The notes below the pieces were generated by a model. That model saw only the letters and a program-made list of their open reading frames with translations, made no database searches and had not been told where the DNA came from. This document shows positions 30,362 through 41,200 of a DNA stretch of 64,000 nt, piece after piece. Both the position numbers and the translations under genes were made by a program. The first letter of the stretch is position 1, and every line of letters begins with the position of its first letter. Source of the DNA: an uncultured Phycisphaerales bacterium (GTDB lineage Bacteria > Planctomycetota > Phycisphaerae > Tepidisphaerales > Tepidisphaeraceae); NCBI GenBank assembly GCA_963758525.1, contig CAVWVQ010000003.1, forward strand, positions 1,312,001 to 1,376,000, written 5' to 3'.

Positions 30362-31142
30362 CGCGGCCCTCCGGGCTGCCGCTAAACCGGGAGGGACGTG
30401 AGCGCCTCAGCGAGTGTTCTCGGATTGTTTAGCGACCGCCCGGAGGGACGTGCTCTCTTTTCCGCGATCTCGACAGTCGCGACCTCATCCGATCTTGTAC
30501 TGTCGAACAAACTCCCAATTCTGCTCTGGCAACCCCGCGCGGGTCAGATTATCGCGAGCATATTGGATGCGCCCGATCACATCCGAAGGCGTATTGAGGA
30601 AGATCTTCCGCAGCCCTACTGCCCAAGGCGAAGGAGTTCCCCCGCGAGCATTCTGCGCGCCCGCCATCGGATGAATTCCCCGCTCGCCCAGAACCCGGCT
30701 TGCCGAGCCCTTCAGTCGATTCACGACTTGCTCGATCGGGTAAGAGTGTCGCGCGACCACGAGATGCGTGTGATCCGGCAGAATCGCGCACGCGTAAACG
30801 ACGAAGCCCGAACGGCGCACGCCATCCGCAAACCCATCTGCAATTGCCTGAATCTGCTCCGTGGTAAACCGCACCGGCGGATACGTGAGCGCGTTCTTCG
30901 CCGCGGCTCGCGTCGCACGTTGTTCGCGCGTGAGCGGCGCGCCAGCCACCGAATGCCGCACCTGTACCTGTGTCGCTCGTCCAAATTGCAACAACTCCGG
31001 GCGGCGGACGTAGTCCGAGCCCGAACCACGTGGATCATTGGACAACCAGAATCCGTACGCGGTAATGATCGCATGGTACGCAATAACCATGGGTTCTCTG
31101 AATAGCGTCAACCCGTTCAGCGGCGCGCCCGGAGGGCCGTGC
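30362..31142 (-). mobile_element. REPtron: RAYT gene flanked by family D REPs (GTTTAGCGGCxGCCCGGAGGGCCG)
   Basis: Related copies at 30362-30387, 30427-30453 and 31115-31142, on both sides of the RAYT. Confidence 0.8.
30485..31090 (-). CDS. REP-associated tyrosine transposase (RAYT, Y1 HUH)
   Basis: YHAIITAYGFWLSNDPRGS, the ACAILPDHTHLVV HUH motif, LKG and IQYARDN. Confidence 0.88.
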   Translation of the reverse strand: MVIAYHAIITAYGFWLSNDPRGSGSDYVRRPELLQFGRATQVQVRHSVAGAPLTREQRATRAAAKNALTYPPVRFTTEQIQAIADGFADGVRRSGFVVYACAILPDHTHLVVARHSYPIEQVVNRLKGSASRVLGERGIHPMAGAQNARGGTPSPWAVGLRKIFLNTPSDVIGRIQYARDNLTRAGLPEQNWEFVRQYKIG

Positions 31143-31400
31143 GCTCAGCACGCAATATGCGGAAGTCTCGCAAAGATTTCAAAACAATCCGCGAATCGCG
31201 ACAGAGCTACCGCGAAAATGAACCCGCACCTTTCAATTCCACCTCCAGAACTCCGCCTGATCCCATAGCGGGTGTTCGTCGAGCGACTCGGCGAGCTCCG
31301 CGTCCAAAGTCCGCGCCTGTGAAACGGATCTTGCCTTACATCGAATCACAACGGCCAGCACGACCACGGCGATTGCCGATTCCTTCGTTGAACGGACTGG

Positions 31401-31970
31401 TCACAGGATCGCCGCAAATTCCTTGAGCCGGATGACGGTCTGCGCAAGCTGCTGTTGGGCAAGGCTCTCCAGGAATTCACCCACTGTCTTCTGGGGATTT
31501 TTCAAGCTTTGACGATGACGGCGCGCGGCTGCGCACACGGCGAGACTGTCTAGTTCGACCAGACGGCTGACGAAAAGGTCGGGGTGCAGTGCCTCGATTC
31601 CGAGCGGATCGAGCACATGCTTCGGAAAATCGTCGAGGTTGAATGTCACAATAACGTCGGCACCGCAGTGGACGGCAGCAGCCAATACGTGCCGGTCGTT
31701 CGCATCGGGTAACGTCAAATCGCTTATGAGATTTTCGTATCCGGTGACGAGACTGTCCAGAACGTGAGCATTCATCAGCTTTCGCGTACGGGCAAGTTGC
31801 TCGGCCCTCAGGTCGGGCCGGTTTGCCAAGACGCTGCGAATCCATTCATCATGAATCTGATCCGTCCAACGCGCGCGAAAAAGGTCAGTCATCGCCAGGT
31901 GCATCAGCAAGTCGCGCAGCGGAGCGGGATAGAGTACGCAAGCATCATAAAGGGCCGTAAAAGCGGCCAT
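31401..31970 (-). CDS. PIN domain protein (putative toxin/RNase)
   Basis: Motifs ALYDACVLY, IHDEW, DANDRHVLAAA and IVTFNLDDF. Confidence 0.9.
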   Translation of the reverse strand: MAAFTALYDACVLYPAPLRDLLMHLAMTDLFRARWTDQIHDEWIRSVLANRPDLRAEQLARTRKLMNAHVLDSLVTGYENLISDLTLPDANDRHVLAAAVHCGADVIVTFNLDDFPKHVLDPLGIEALHPDLFVSRLVELDSLAVCAAARRHRQSLKNPQKTVGEFLESLAQQQLAQTVIRLKEFAAIL

Positions 31971-31985
31971 TGAAGCGGTCCCCCT

Positions 31986-32435
31986 CTAATAGCCCATCTT
32001 GAGTTCCTGGGCCTGAGCCGCCAGGTCATCGAGCGCCTCGAGGCGCAGCCGGTCCGTTTTTTGCCTGTAGTCCATCAAATCGCTCAAGAGCACGCGGCGA
32101 TGTGTACCCACCTTGCGTGATGGGAGGGCGCCTTCATCCAACAGTTTGACCAGAAACGGGCGGGAGACGCCCAGCGCCTCGGCGGCCTGCTGCGTCGTCA
32201 GTTCCGCGTGTACCGGGAGAAGCGTCACCGCGTTGCCGGCAGCCATTTCCGAAAGCACCCGCACCAGCAAGCGCACAGCGGGCGCGGGAAGCGTGATTGC
32301 CTCCCCGTGCTTTCCGGCAATTTGCAATTTCAAATTCCGCTGTGTGTACCGCGCAAGCCGCCGACCGGACTCGCTCGCCAGTTGGGACTCTGCTGCCGTT
32401 GGCGCCATCCGGTCGCGGACTTTTGTTGCGGACAT
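31986..32435 (-). CDS. Excisionase-like HTH DNA-binding protein (partner of the PIN protein)
   Basis: ELTTQQAAEALGVSRPFLVKLLDEG...KVGTHRRV; C-terminal QELKMGY. Confidence 0.9.
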   Translation of the reverse strand: MSATKVRDRMAPTAAESQLASESGRRLARYTQRNLKLQIAGKHGEAITLPAPAVRLLVRVLSEMAAGNAVTLLPVHAELTTQQAAEALGVSRPFLVKLLDEGALPSRKVGTHRRVLLSDLMDYRQKTDRLRLEALDDLAAQAQELKMGY

Positions 32436-32627
32436 CTCTCTGACTCCTGACAGTCCTATTTTAGGCGTACCGGGCAAACAAAACAAAAGAAACAAACGAA
32501 ATATTCGAATCCCATCTTTTTTTGACCGCGGCTGCATTCGTCGCGAAATTTTCGAGTGCGCCGGCGGCATGCTTGAGTGCTATCATCTCAAGCGCAACAT
32601 CCATGGAGCAGACCAAAGGAACAACCT

Positions 32628-33008
32628 ATGCCCACCGCATTCGATATCGGAAAGAAACTCGTCGAACTCTGCAAAGCCGGCAAGACCAAGGAAGCGATCG
32701 ACACGCTCTACAGTCCCGACATCGTGAGCACCGAGGCGCAAGGCCCCCCGGGCAAGCCGTTGAAGATGGAAGGGATTGCCGCCGTGAAGGGAAAGAACGA
32801 GTGGTGGTACGCGAACCACGAAATCCACGGCGGCGAGGTCGTCGGGCCTTGGCCGCATGGGGATCAATTCATCGTATGCTTCAAATACGACATCACCCCG
32901 AAGACCGGCCCAATGGCGGGCAAGCGGATGACGATCGACGAAGCCGCTCTGTACACCGTCAAGAATGACAAGGTCGTCGAGGAGAAGTTTTTCTATCACA
33001 TGGGATAG
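32628..33008 (+). CDS. SnoaL-like/NTF2-fold protein
   Basis: LYSPDIVSTE, GKNEWW and EAALYTVKNDKVVEEKFFY; AAGGA RBS. Confidence 0.85.
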   Translation: MPTAFDIGKKLVELCKAGKTKEAIDTLYSPDIVSTEAQGPPGKPLKMEGIAAVKGKNEWWYANHEIHGGEVVGPWPHGDQFIVCFKYDITPKTGPMAGKRMTIDEAALYTVKNDKVVEEKFFYHMG

Positions 33009-33065
33009 GAAACGAAATCCGAATTCCGAAATCCGAATGTCGAATCGAAAAGCACAAAACGAATA

Positions 33066-33217
33066 AAGAGCCGCGAAGGCGCGAAGCAGCGAAGACAAAC
33101 GCGAAGGAAGACAATTCAATTGCGCATAAAACCGAAGGCAAAATTCTTTGGGCTTTCCGCCCTGCATTTTTCTTACCTTCGCTTCTGTCTTCGCGCCTTC
33201 GCGTCTTCGCGGCTCTT
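33066..33217. repeat. Palindromic element of about 150 bp, family E (AAGAGCCGCGAAG...CTTCGCGGCTCTT)
   Basis: Closely related copy at 51006-51163, including the internal GGAAGACAATTCAATTGC. Confidence 0.9.
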
Positions 33218-33221
33218 CGAT

Positions 33222-35773
33222 TTATTTGCCTGCGGTCGGGTTGGCGCCGCTGCCGATAAGATTGTTCACCAGAAACTCCATCCGGCGTTTTGAACCGTAG
33301 GGCGTCTCCGCCGATCCGTGATGCGCGCCGGTGACGACGACCAATTCAAAATCCTTGTTCGCCTTTTCCAGCGCGTTGACGACCTGCATGGTCGATGACG
33401 GGTCCACGTTGTCGTCCATTTCTCCGACCATCAGCAGCAGCTTGCCTTGCAGCAGATGGGCGTTGACGACGTTGGAATTCTCCGCGTACTGCGGCCCCAC
33501 GGGCCAGCCCATCCATTGCTCGTTCCACCAGATTTTGTCCATGCGGTTGTCGTGGCAGCCGCAGTCGGCGACGGCGACTTTGTAGAAGTCATTGTGCCAG
33601 AGCAGCGCGGCCATCGCGTTTTGCCCGCCGGCGGAACCGCCGTAAATTCCGACGCGCGTGAGGTCCATCTGCGGATACTTCTTCGCGGCGGCGGTGATCC
33701 ACGCGATGCGATCCGGGAACCCGGCGTCGCGCAGATTTTTCCAGCAGACATCATGAAATTGCTTCGAGCGGCCTGAGGTTCCCATGCCGTCGATTTGCAC
33801 GACGATCCCCCCGCGATCGGCGATCGCCTGTCGCGCACCATACCCAGGCTGGAACGATTTGGGGACGTAGAAGGACTGGGGACCGGCGTAGATGTCTTCC
33901 ACCACGGGATATTGTTTCGCAGGGTCGAAGTTGCGGGGGAAGATGATGATTCCATAGATGTCGGTCGTGCCGTCGCGTCCCTTGGCGACGAAGCGTTTGG
34001 GAAACCGATCGGCGTTGATCACGTTCGCCGTCTCGAGCTTGCAGACCAATCGGCCAGCTTCGGCGCGGCGAAGCTCGGTCACCGGCGGTTGATCGACACG
34101 CGACCATTTGTCGAACAGATATTTCCTGTCGGGCGACCAGGCGATCTCGTGGGTGCCATCACCATCTGTCAGAACGGTCAGATTGCTGCCATCGAAGTTC
34201 ACCCGGCAGACGTCGGTGTAATACGGGTCTTCGCCGGGTCGAATTCCCCCGGCCTTGAATAGAACTTGACGTTGATTCGGGTCCACGCTGATGACGTCCT
34301 GCACGACCCAGGGCCCCTTCGTGATCTGATTTGTGACGCGGCCGGTCTGAGCGTCATACAGCCAGAGATGATTCCATCCGTCGCGCTCCGACATCCAGAT
34401 CAATTCATTGTCCCCGATCCACTGGCAGAAATATTTGCCGGAGTAATCGATGAACGTGTCGCTGCGTTCGTCGACGATGGCCCGCGCATTCCCGGTTGCC
34501 GCGTCGATCGCAACGACTCTCAGTGCCTGATGCCCTCGCTGGTTGTAAACGAACGTGAAACGTGACGAATCTTGCGACCAGCGTACGTCTTCGATGCTCC
34601 AGGGATTGTTAAACAGATCATTCTTGAGCGCAACCTGCTCGCCAGTTTCGATGTGAAACAATTGCGGGCGCGGATGATCGATCCGATCGCCGGGCTTGAG
34701 ATAATTCAGCGTCCGCAGCCTCGGCTGGATCTGATCGGATGGCGACGATTCCACCATATAGATCGGATGATCCTCGCCCTGCTGCACGCGCATCGCCGCG
34801 ACGTTTTTCGAGTCGGGCGACCACCAGACGCGCCCGGCCTCATAACCGTCCGACGGCGTCCCGTCCTGGCTCAACCGCGTCTGCTTGCCGTCCCCGTTGC
34901 TCTGCAAGAAGAGATTGCCCTCCCGCGCGATGATGAGCCAATTTCCGTCTGGCGAAGCGGGGCCGGCGCTGGAGCGCGCGCGGCTTTGCGGAATGGCGCG
35001 GTCGCGCCTCAGGGCGCTCTGCGTCGACGCTGGCCGGGGCGATTGGCGCCGATGATCGCACTCGCGCGCTGCTTCACCGCCTGATATACGCCCAGCGTCT
35101 TCCCGGCCTGATCCGTAACGAGCCAGACATGGCCGACGTACGTCGGCTGCTCGAACCGATCGCCCGGCTTGAGCGTTTGATATGGATGGCGCTGTCCATC
35201 GGTATCGATCCAGAAGATCTCGACGACGCCGTTGGTTTGATTTTCGAAATTGATCTGGGTCGCCGTGCCGCTGTCCACGCTGGGCCGCGGATCGCCCGAC
35301 GACGGCAACGAGGGCTCCTGAACAGCCGCATCCGCGCGGCGCGGAGCGTATCGGTCGTCAGATTCAGTTCCCACCCCTGCTCGCGTCCTTGCAGAATGAT
35401 CGACCCAGGATCTGATTCGAAATCGAGCGCCTCGACCGGAAGCCGGTCGGCGGCAATTGCTCTGTTCATCAGCCCGGACAGTTTGGCCGCGACGCGCGAA
35501 TGATCGAAGGCGGGCTGCCGGGTTGCTGCGTCGGGATCGACCAGAATGAACTCCCGCCGGCCGTCGAAGAGATCGACGCGGTACCAGAAGCGGGTGTTGT
35601 GCGCGAACCAGTGCGGATCGACCTGGTCGCGTTCGAGATGCCCGGCTCCGCGCGGGAGCGGCGCCGAAGATGCAGCTCAACGTCAGCGCCATTGCGAGCA
35701 GCGGCTTGCTTCGCAAGCGAGCGCGCAGCACACTCAGCCTGGTGAACCGGCCATAAGGCGCCTCTGGAATCAT
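33222..35773 (-). CDS. S9B dipeptidyl peptidase IV family protein with a VHL-beta-like insert; several frameshifts in the 5' third
   Basis: GGSAGG nucleophile, GEMDDNV, GAHH and a DPP IV propeller; upstream frames give INFENQT..VEIFWIDTDG..YVGHVWLV. The start is uncertain. Confidence 0.85.
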
Positions 35774-36107
35774 GAAGTTCCTCCGCGAACCGTTACTCTA
35801 TCAGAACGCTTACGTCTGGTTCGTCCTTGTTTCTTCGCTGGACGTCATGCTCACGTGGGTCGTGCTTGCGTATGGCGGGCGCGAAGCAAATGGATTGGCC
35901 AGGTTCGCTTTGCGGCGCTTTGGCTTGGTCGGCCTCGTCGGCTTTAAGTTCGTGCTGGTGGTGTTCATTATCTGCTTATGCGAAGTCATCGGCCGTCGCT
36001 CGCCGGTGGGAGGAAAGCGGCTGGCCGAGTGGTCGGTCGCCCTAACCTGCGTGCCCCTCGTCATCGCGCTTCTGGAAATTCGGGTGCAATTGGCGTCAGT
36101 CTTTTGA
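35772..36107 (+). CDS. DUF5658-like small membrane protein
   Basis: LDVMLT...GGREAN...FK pattern and three TM segments. Confidence 0.75.
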   Translation: MKFLREPLLYQNAYVWFVLVSSLDVMLTWVVLAYGGREANGLARFALRRFGLVGLVGFKFVLVVFIICLCEVIGRRSPVGGKRLAEWSVALTCVPLVIALLEIRVQLASVF

Positions 36108-36235
36108 AAATCGCCTCGATTTGACGCCGTGAATACCGCCAGCGAAAATGATGCCTCGTGATGTTCACGAAACTCACGGTCACGGGTATGAGATCCAGTA
36201 ACGATCGTATTTTTTTGCAGAGAGGACGGAAGAGT

Positions 36236-36736
36236 ATGCCGGACGAGATCAATCGCCGAAATTTCCTGGCCGCTGCCGCGGCGGCGACGTGCGCCTGTGC
36301 TTTGTGCCCGATGGTGCGTGCGGACGATGACGACGACGATGATGATGCTCCGCCGCCCAAGCCGCTTCCGAAAGGCCCGGTCGCCGCGGGGAATCTCACC
36401 GACTACCCCAAGGACGGCCCGTACGACGCGCTGAGCAAGAGCAAGCAGATCATCCTGGTGCGTCAGGACGGCAAGCTGTACGCAATGACCGCGCTCTGCA
36501 CGCACAAGCTGTTTGTCATCAAGACCAAGGACAACCAGCTTTTCTGTCCGAAACACAGCAGCCGATTCGACCTCGACGGCAAGCCAGCGAAAAAGCCGAA
36601 CGGCAAAATGGGTCCGGCGAAGAAGCCTCTGGTTCACTATGCCATCAGTGCCGATGCGAATGGCGCGATCACGGTAGACACTTCCAAAACTGTCGAAGAA
36701 ACCGACCCGGCGGCGTCCGTCAAAGTCGGAAGCTGA
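36236..36736 (+). CDS. Tat-exported Rieske [2Fe-2S] protein
   Basis: NRRNFL Tat motif; CTH...CPKHSSRF ligands. Confidence 0.88.
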   Translation: MPDEINRRNFLAAAAAATCACALCPMVRADDDDDDDDAPPPKPLPKGPVAAGNLTDYPKDGPYDALSKSKQIILVRQDGKLYAMTALCTHKLFVIKTKDNQLFCPKHSSRFDLDGKPAKKPNGKMGPAKKPLVHYAISADANGAITVDTSKTVEETDPAASVKVGS

Positions 36737-36793
36737 GAAAGCAGTTTTCGATAAAACTGAAAACCTACCTCCGATCGTGCATAATTCACGGCG

Positions 36794-38221
36794 GTGGAGA
36801 CGATCTGGAAAATCCTCGCGACGCTGGGGCTGGTCGCGATCAACGGCTTTTTCGTCGCGGCAGAGTTTGCCGCGGTCGGGGCGCGGGCTTCTCATATTGA
36901 AACCAATGCCGATCAAAGCGTGCTGGCCCAGCTCTCGCGGCACGTGAAGGAACGGCTCGATCTGTATCTCTCGAGCTGTCAGTTGGGGGTCACGCTGGCG
37001 AGCCTGGGGCTGGGGGCGGTCACCGAGCCGCTGATTGCCGGATTGCTCGATCCGCTGCTGAACCGCGTGCACGTGCCGGCGCACGATCTGTTTGCCATTT
37101 CGCTGACGGCGGCAATGGGAATCAGCACCGCGATGCATATCGTGATCGGCGAGCAGGCGCCGAAGAACTGGGCCATTCAATTTAGCGATCGCGTGCTGCC
37201 GCTCGTCGCGGCGCCGCTGATCATTTTCACCTACCTGTTTTTTCCGGTCATCTGGCTGCTCAACGCGGTCACCAACGCCGTGCTTCGCCTGACGGGCGTT
37301 CCAACGCGCATCGGGGCGCACGGAACGCTTCCCCACACCGAGGAAGAGCTCAAGGCGCTGCTCTTTCAGGCGGTGGCCAAGGGCGTGATTCCAAAATTGC
37401 GCGGGTCGCTTCTTGCCAGTGCATTTGCGTTTGAGGACCTCAAAGTGCGCCAGATCATGGTGCCGCGCACGCACGTCGATTTCCTGAAGATCGATCAGCC
37501 CATCGGCGAGCTGCTCCGCACCGTGCAGAAATCCGCGTTCACGCGCCTTCCGGTGTGCAACGGGGATCTCGACCATGTCATCGGGCTGATTCACATCAAG
37601 GATCTGTTCGCGCATCTCAAGCTTGTCGCGGGAAAGCTGCGATTCACCGATGAGAAGACGCCTGAGGGCGAAGCGATCGCGATTGCCGACGGGAAACCGG
37701 GCTCGCAGGTGCACGTGATCGGCTCGGGGGAGATCAACCTCCGCGAGATCCTTCGCGAAGTCCTGTTCGTGCCCGAGCTGACGCCGGTGCCGAAGGTGCT
37801 CCGGCAGTTTCAGACCAGCCGCGTGCACCTGGCGGTGGTGGTCGACGAATATGGATCGACGGTCGGCGTCGTCACGCTCGAAGACGTTCTGGAGGAAATC
37901 GTCGGGGAGATTGAAGATGAATTCGATCCGGAAAAACGAACCGACTTCATTGCCGAAGCCGGCGGTTTCAAGGTGAGCGGAATTTATCCGCTGCACGATC
38001 TGCGCGACCGTCTCAATCTGCCGGATCTCGAGGCGGACGATATCGACACCGTGGGAGGCTACGTCGTCCAGCAACTGAATCGCTGGCCGCGCGCCGGCGA
38101 TGTCGTCCCGATCGGCAACTACACGGCCAAGGTGCTTTCGGTTCAGCAAAAGCGCGTGGGGCAATTGTTTCTGACGCCGGTGGTCCAGGCTGGGAACGGG
38201 AATGCGGGAAAATCTGCATGA
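36794..38221 (+). CDS. CNNM/CBS/CorC-HlyC family (hemolysin-like) metal transporter
   Basis: INGFFVAAEFA, CQLGVTLASLGLG, IGEQAPK, VVDEYG and LEDVLEEIVGEIEDE. Confidence 0.93.
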   Translation: METIWKILATLGLVAINGFFVAAEFAAVGARASHIETNADQSVLAQLSRHVKERLDLYLSSCQLGVTLASLGLGAVTEPLIAGLLDPLLNRVHVPAHDLFAISLTAAMGISTAMHIVIGEQAPKNWAIQFSDRVLPLVAAPLIIFTYLFFPVIWLLNAVTNAVLRLTGVPTRIGAHGTLPHTEEELKALLFQAVAKGVIPKLRGSLLASAFAFEDLKVRQIMVPRTHVDFLKIDQPIGELLRTVQKSAFTRLPVCNGDLDHVIGLIHIKDLFAHLKLVAGKLRFTDEKTPEGEAIAIADGKPGSQVHVIGSGEINLREILREVLFVPELTPVPKVLRQFQTSRVHLAVVVDEYGSTVGVVTLEDVLEEIVGEIEDEFDPEKRTDFIAEAGGFKVSGIYPLHDLRDRLNLPDLEADDIDTVGGYVVQQLNRWPRAGDVVPIGNYTAKVLSVQQKRVGQLFLTPVVQAGNGNAGKSA

Positions 38222-38237
38222 GCGGTCGACTGATCGA

Positions 38238-41200
38238 TCACGATTCGTCGCTGCCGTGCGTTGCCGCGGCGCCGCGCGGTTCGAGGGTATCGGCATGGTC
38301 GGAGAGTGCGAAGCCTTCGTCCGCGTTTGATGGTTCGCCCGGCTGGGTGAGCAGAAGGTGATGGCGGCGATGCGAAACGCCCCACGCGGCAAGCATCCCC
38401 GCCGTGAGCATCGCGTAGCCGAGCATCGACAGGAGAATCCACTGCAGCCGCGGATCGTCGACGAGCGTGGCCGACGCGCTGTCTGGACCGGGGGCTTCAG
38501 GAACCGGAATGCGTTGCCAGGCGGCAAGAAGGGCCTCGCTCTTCGATTTCTGGTCGGGAAGCTGGGCCTGCAACTCGGAGAGACGGGCGGTGTCGGCGGT
38601 GAGGTTCGCCGCCTTGGCGCGGAGCCCCTCGACGGCCGAGTAGGCGGCGTCGGTCTGCTCCGTGTTGGTCCGCACCGATGCCAGGGCATCGGCCTCCTCC
38701 ATCTGGGCGGCGGTGAGGGCGGCCTTGGCCTTTTCCAGAGCGGCGGCGCGGTCCTGTGCCTGTTGCGCGGTCAGTTGCTTATGACTGTCTTCGGCGAGCT
38801 GCTTGCGCCGGGCGTCGATCTTCGCCTGCAATTCGGTGATCGATCCCTCCAGCTTCCTGGCTGCCGCGTCCGCCTGGGGATCGGCGGCGGCAACTGCCTG
38901 GGCCTGCGCCTGGCGCGCGCTGTTGATTTCATCGAGCTGTTTCTTCAATGATTCCTCAAGCGCCTGCTGATCGGCGGGCAGCTTCTCCACCTGCGGGGCG
39001 GCGGCCGACAGCGCCTTGAGCATCTCGCCCATCCGTGAGTCGGTCTGGACGCGCTCCTTTTCCATTTCCTTCAGATTGTCATCGATGAACTGCTGCATCG
39101 ACTTCACTTCGTCGGCGTAGATGTCGCCGGTCCCGATCAGATCGCGCCGGGCGTCCATCTTGTTTTTAATCGACTCCGCTTCGCTCTTCAGCGCCGCCGC
39201 GTCGGCATCCAATCCGCTTCCGACCGCCGCGTTGTAGCGATGCTCGGCAACGGAAAGATCCTGCTCCATCTCCTGCAACTGGGTGTCGGCGGCCCAGACT
39301 GCCTTGAGACGCGTTTCCTGCTTCTCGGCCAGCACGCGGCGCAAATCCGCGAGGCGCTGCTGCTCCGCTTTTTGCCGTTCGACCAGATCCGCATTGAGCT
39401 GGCGGATGGTGTCCTGAGCCTGCTGGGCGGCGATGAGATACGCACTGAGCTGCGAACCATCCTTGAGCGACCCCTGCGCCTGGTCGATGCGCGACCGGAA
39501 ATCCGCCAGCGCCTGATCCAGCGCCTTGTTTGCCTTGTCGGCGGCGGTGGAATGCGTCACGCGCGTCTCGGTGAGGCTTTGCGTTGCCGCGGCCAGTTGC
39601 GTTGACAGCTCCTTCACCTGCGGATCGGCGTCCGCATTGACCGCGTGCGCAGGCGCGCCGGCATCGGCGCTCCCCGGAGCTGGAACCGCCACATCCAGGC
39701 GATCCACTTCGGCTTGTGCCAGGTGCAGCTTCTGCGCCGCATCGTTCCAGGCCTGCCGCAGCGCGGCGCTTTTCGCCTTGTTCTGGGCGAGCGTCTGCTG
39801 AGCGGAATCAAGCTCCGCGCCGGCGAATTGCTCTTCCTGCAGCGCCGGGGCGAGCCGATTGATCTCCGCGGTGATCGCCTCGACCGCGTCGCGCGATTTG
39901 AGATAAGCGAGGCGGGCGCTGGCCGAGTCGTCGGCAAGCCGCTGATTCTCCCGATAGAGAGCACCGATGAGCGCCGCAAGCCTGCGTGCGTCGGTCTGAG
40001 GATCCCTGCCGTTCACGGTCAGAACAAATTGGTTGGTATTGGGAGCAAATGCGGCCCCCGACACCAGATTGTCATACGTGCGGTTGTCGGCGACCTGCGC
40101 CGGCGCCGATGACCCGGTCGAGAGAAAACCTTCTTCCTTCCCCGGGTTCTGGGAAGTAAACAACTGGCGCGCAAACTGGCGAAGGTCTGCATTTCGCAGC
40201 AACTGCTGCTCGGCCAGCTCGAAGCCGCGCTTGTCCGAAGGGAGCAGATTTTCCAGATTGTTGAATCGAAGCCGTCCTTCGGCCGTCCCGCTGACGTGAT
40301 AGAAGAACCAGATGCCCGCCGCGGTTGCCAGCGCCAGGGCCAGGATGATCGGCAGCACGATTCGCAGATGCAGATTCGTGGGGGCCGGCGGAGGGACCGG
40401 AGGCAGGCCGTCAAATTGCGGAGAGGGCCCCGAACGGCGCGGCGCAGCCGCAGCCGCGGCCGGGGCTGGCGGCGTGCTGTCCGGCGGAAGCGGCCCGCGT
40501 CGATCCAGCGGCGGGACGCCCACGCCGCGGGGACGCCGCGGAATCTCAGCATCCGATCGCACCCGCGCGGCCGGCGCATCGGGCGGCGACGCGGCCAGGG
40601 TGGTCAGCATGCTCGCGCCGCGGCGGCCGGGATCGGAAGGCGGGACAAACGTTTCCCCCTTCGCTTTGGCTTGGCCGAACACTTCCACTTCGCGCGGCCG
40701 GGGTATCGTCAGGCCGTCAAATTGCGTCGTGATCTGTCCCGAGGCAAGCGAGCCGCCCCCAAACGGCGGAATTGCCACGTCCGCGCCGGGCTGCGACCCG
40801 AAGGCAAACGGACTGGCCGACAGCGAGCGATTCCCCATCCGGGGGCGCGGCGGCATGTGAGTTGCCGGCTTCCGCGGCGCGGTCTCGGATGGAGGTGTCG
40901 CGCCAGAATCGGAAATCGAGAAGAGCTGTTGCGGCGATTGCTCCGGAGGCACCGGATCGGCCGCGGGCGGCTCGTGCGCGGGCCGATGCGGATGCTCGCC
41001 CAGCACTTCCACCACATCGCTGATATGCCCCATCGAATCGGGCAGCGCGTCCAGGAAATCGGGAGTTGCTTCAAATAGTTCCTGCGGCGGTTCGTCCGCA
41101 TTCATCTTGGAGAGGTGGTACCCCAGCGATTCCTCCGACTCATCATTGACGTTCGCAACGTCGCCATCCCCCGGCAGAGCGACCACGATGTCAGCGGCGA

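Noticed and set aside
35810..38689. Long antisense ORFs (this 959-aa one, also 432-1445, 49667-50821 and 61750-63516)
   Set aside because: Shadow frames opposite well-supported genes in GC-rich DNA, with no recognisable motifs.
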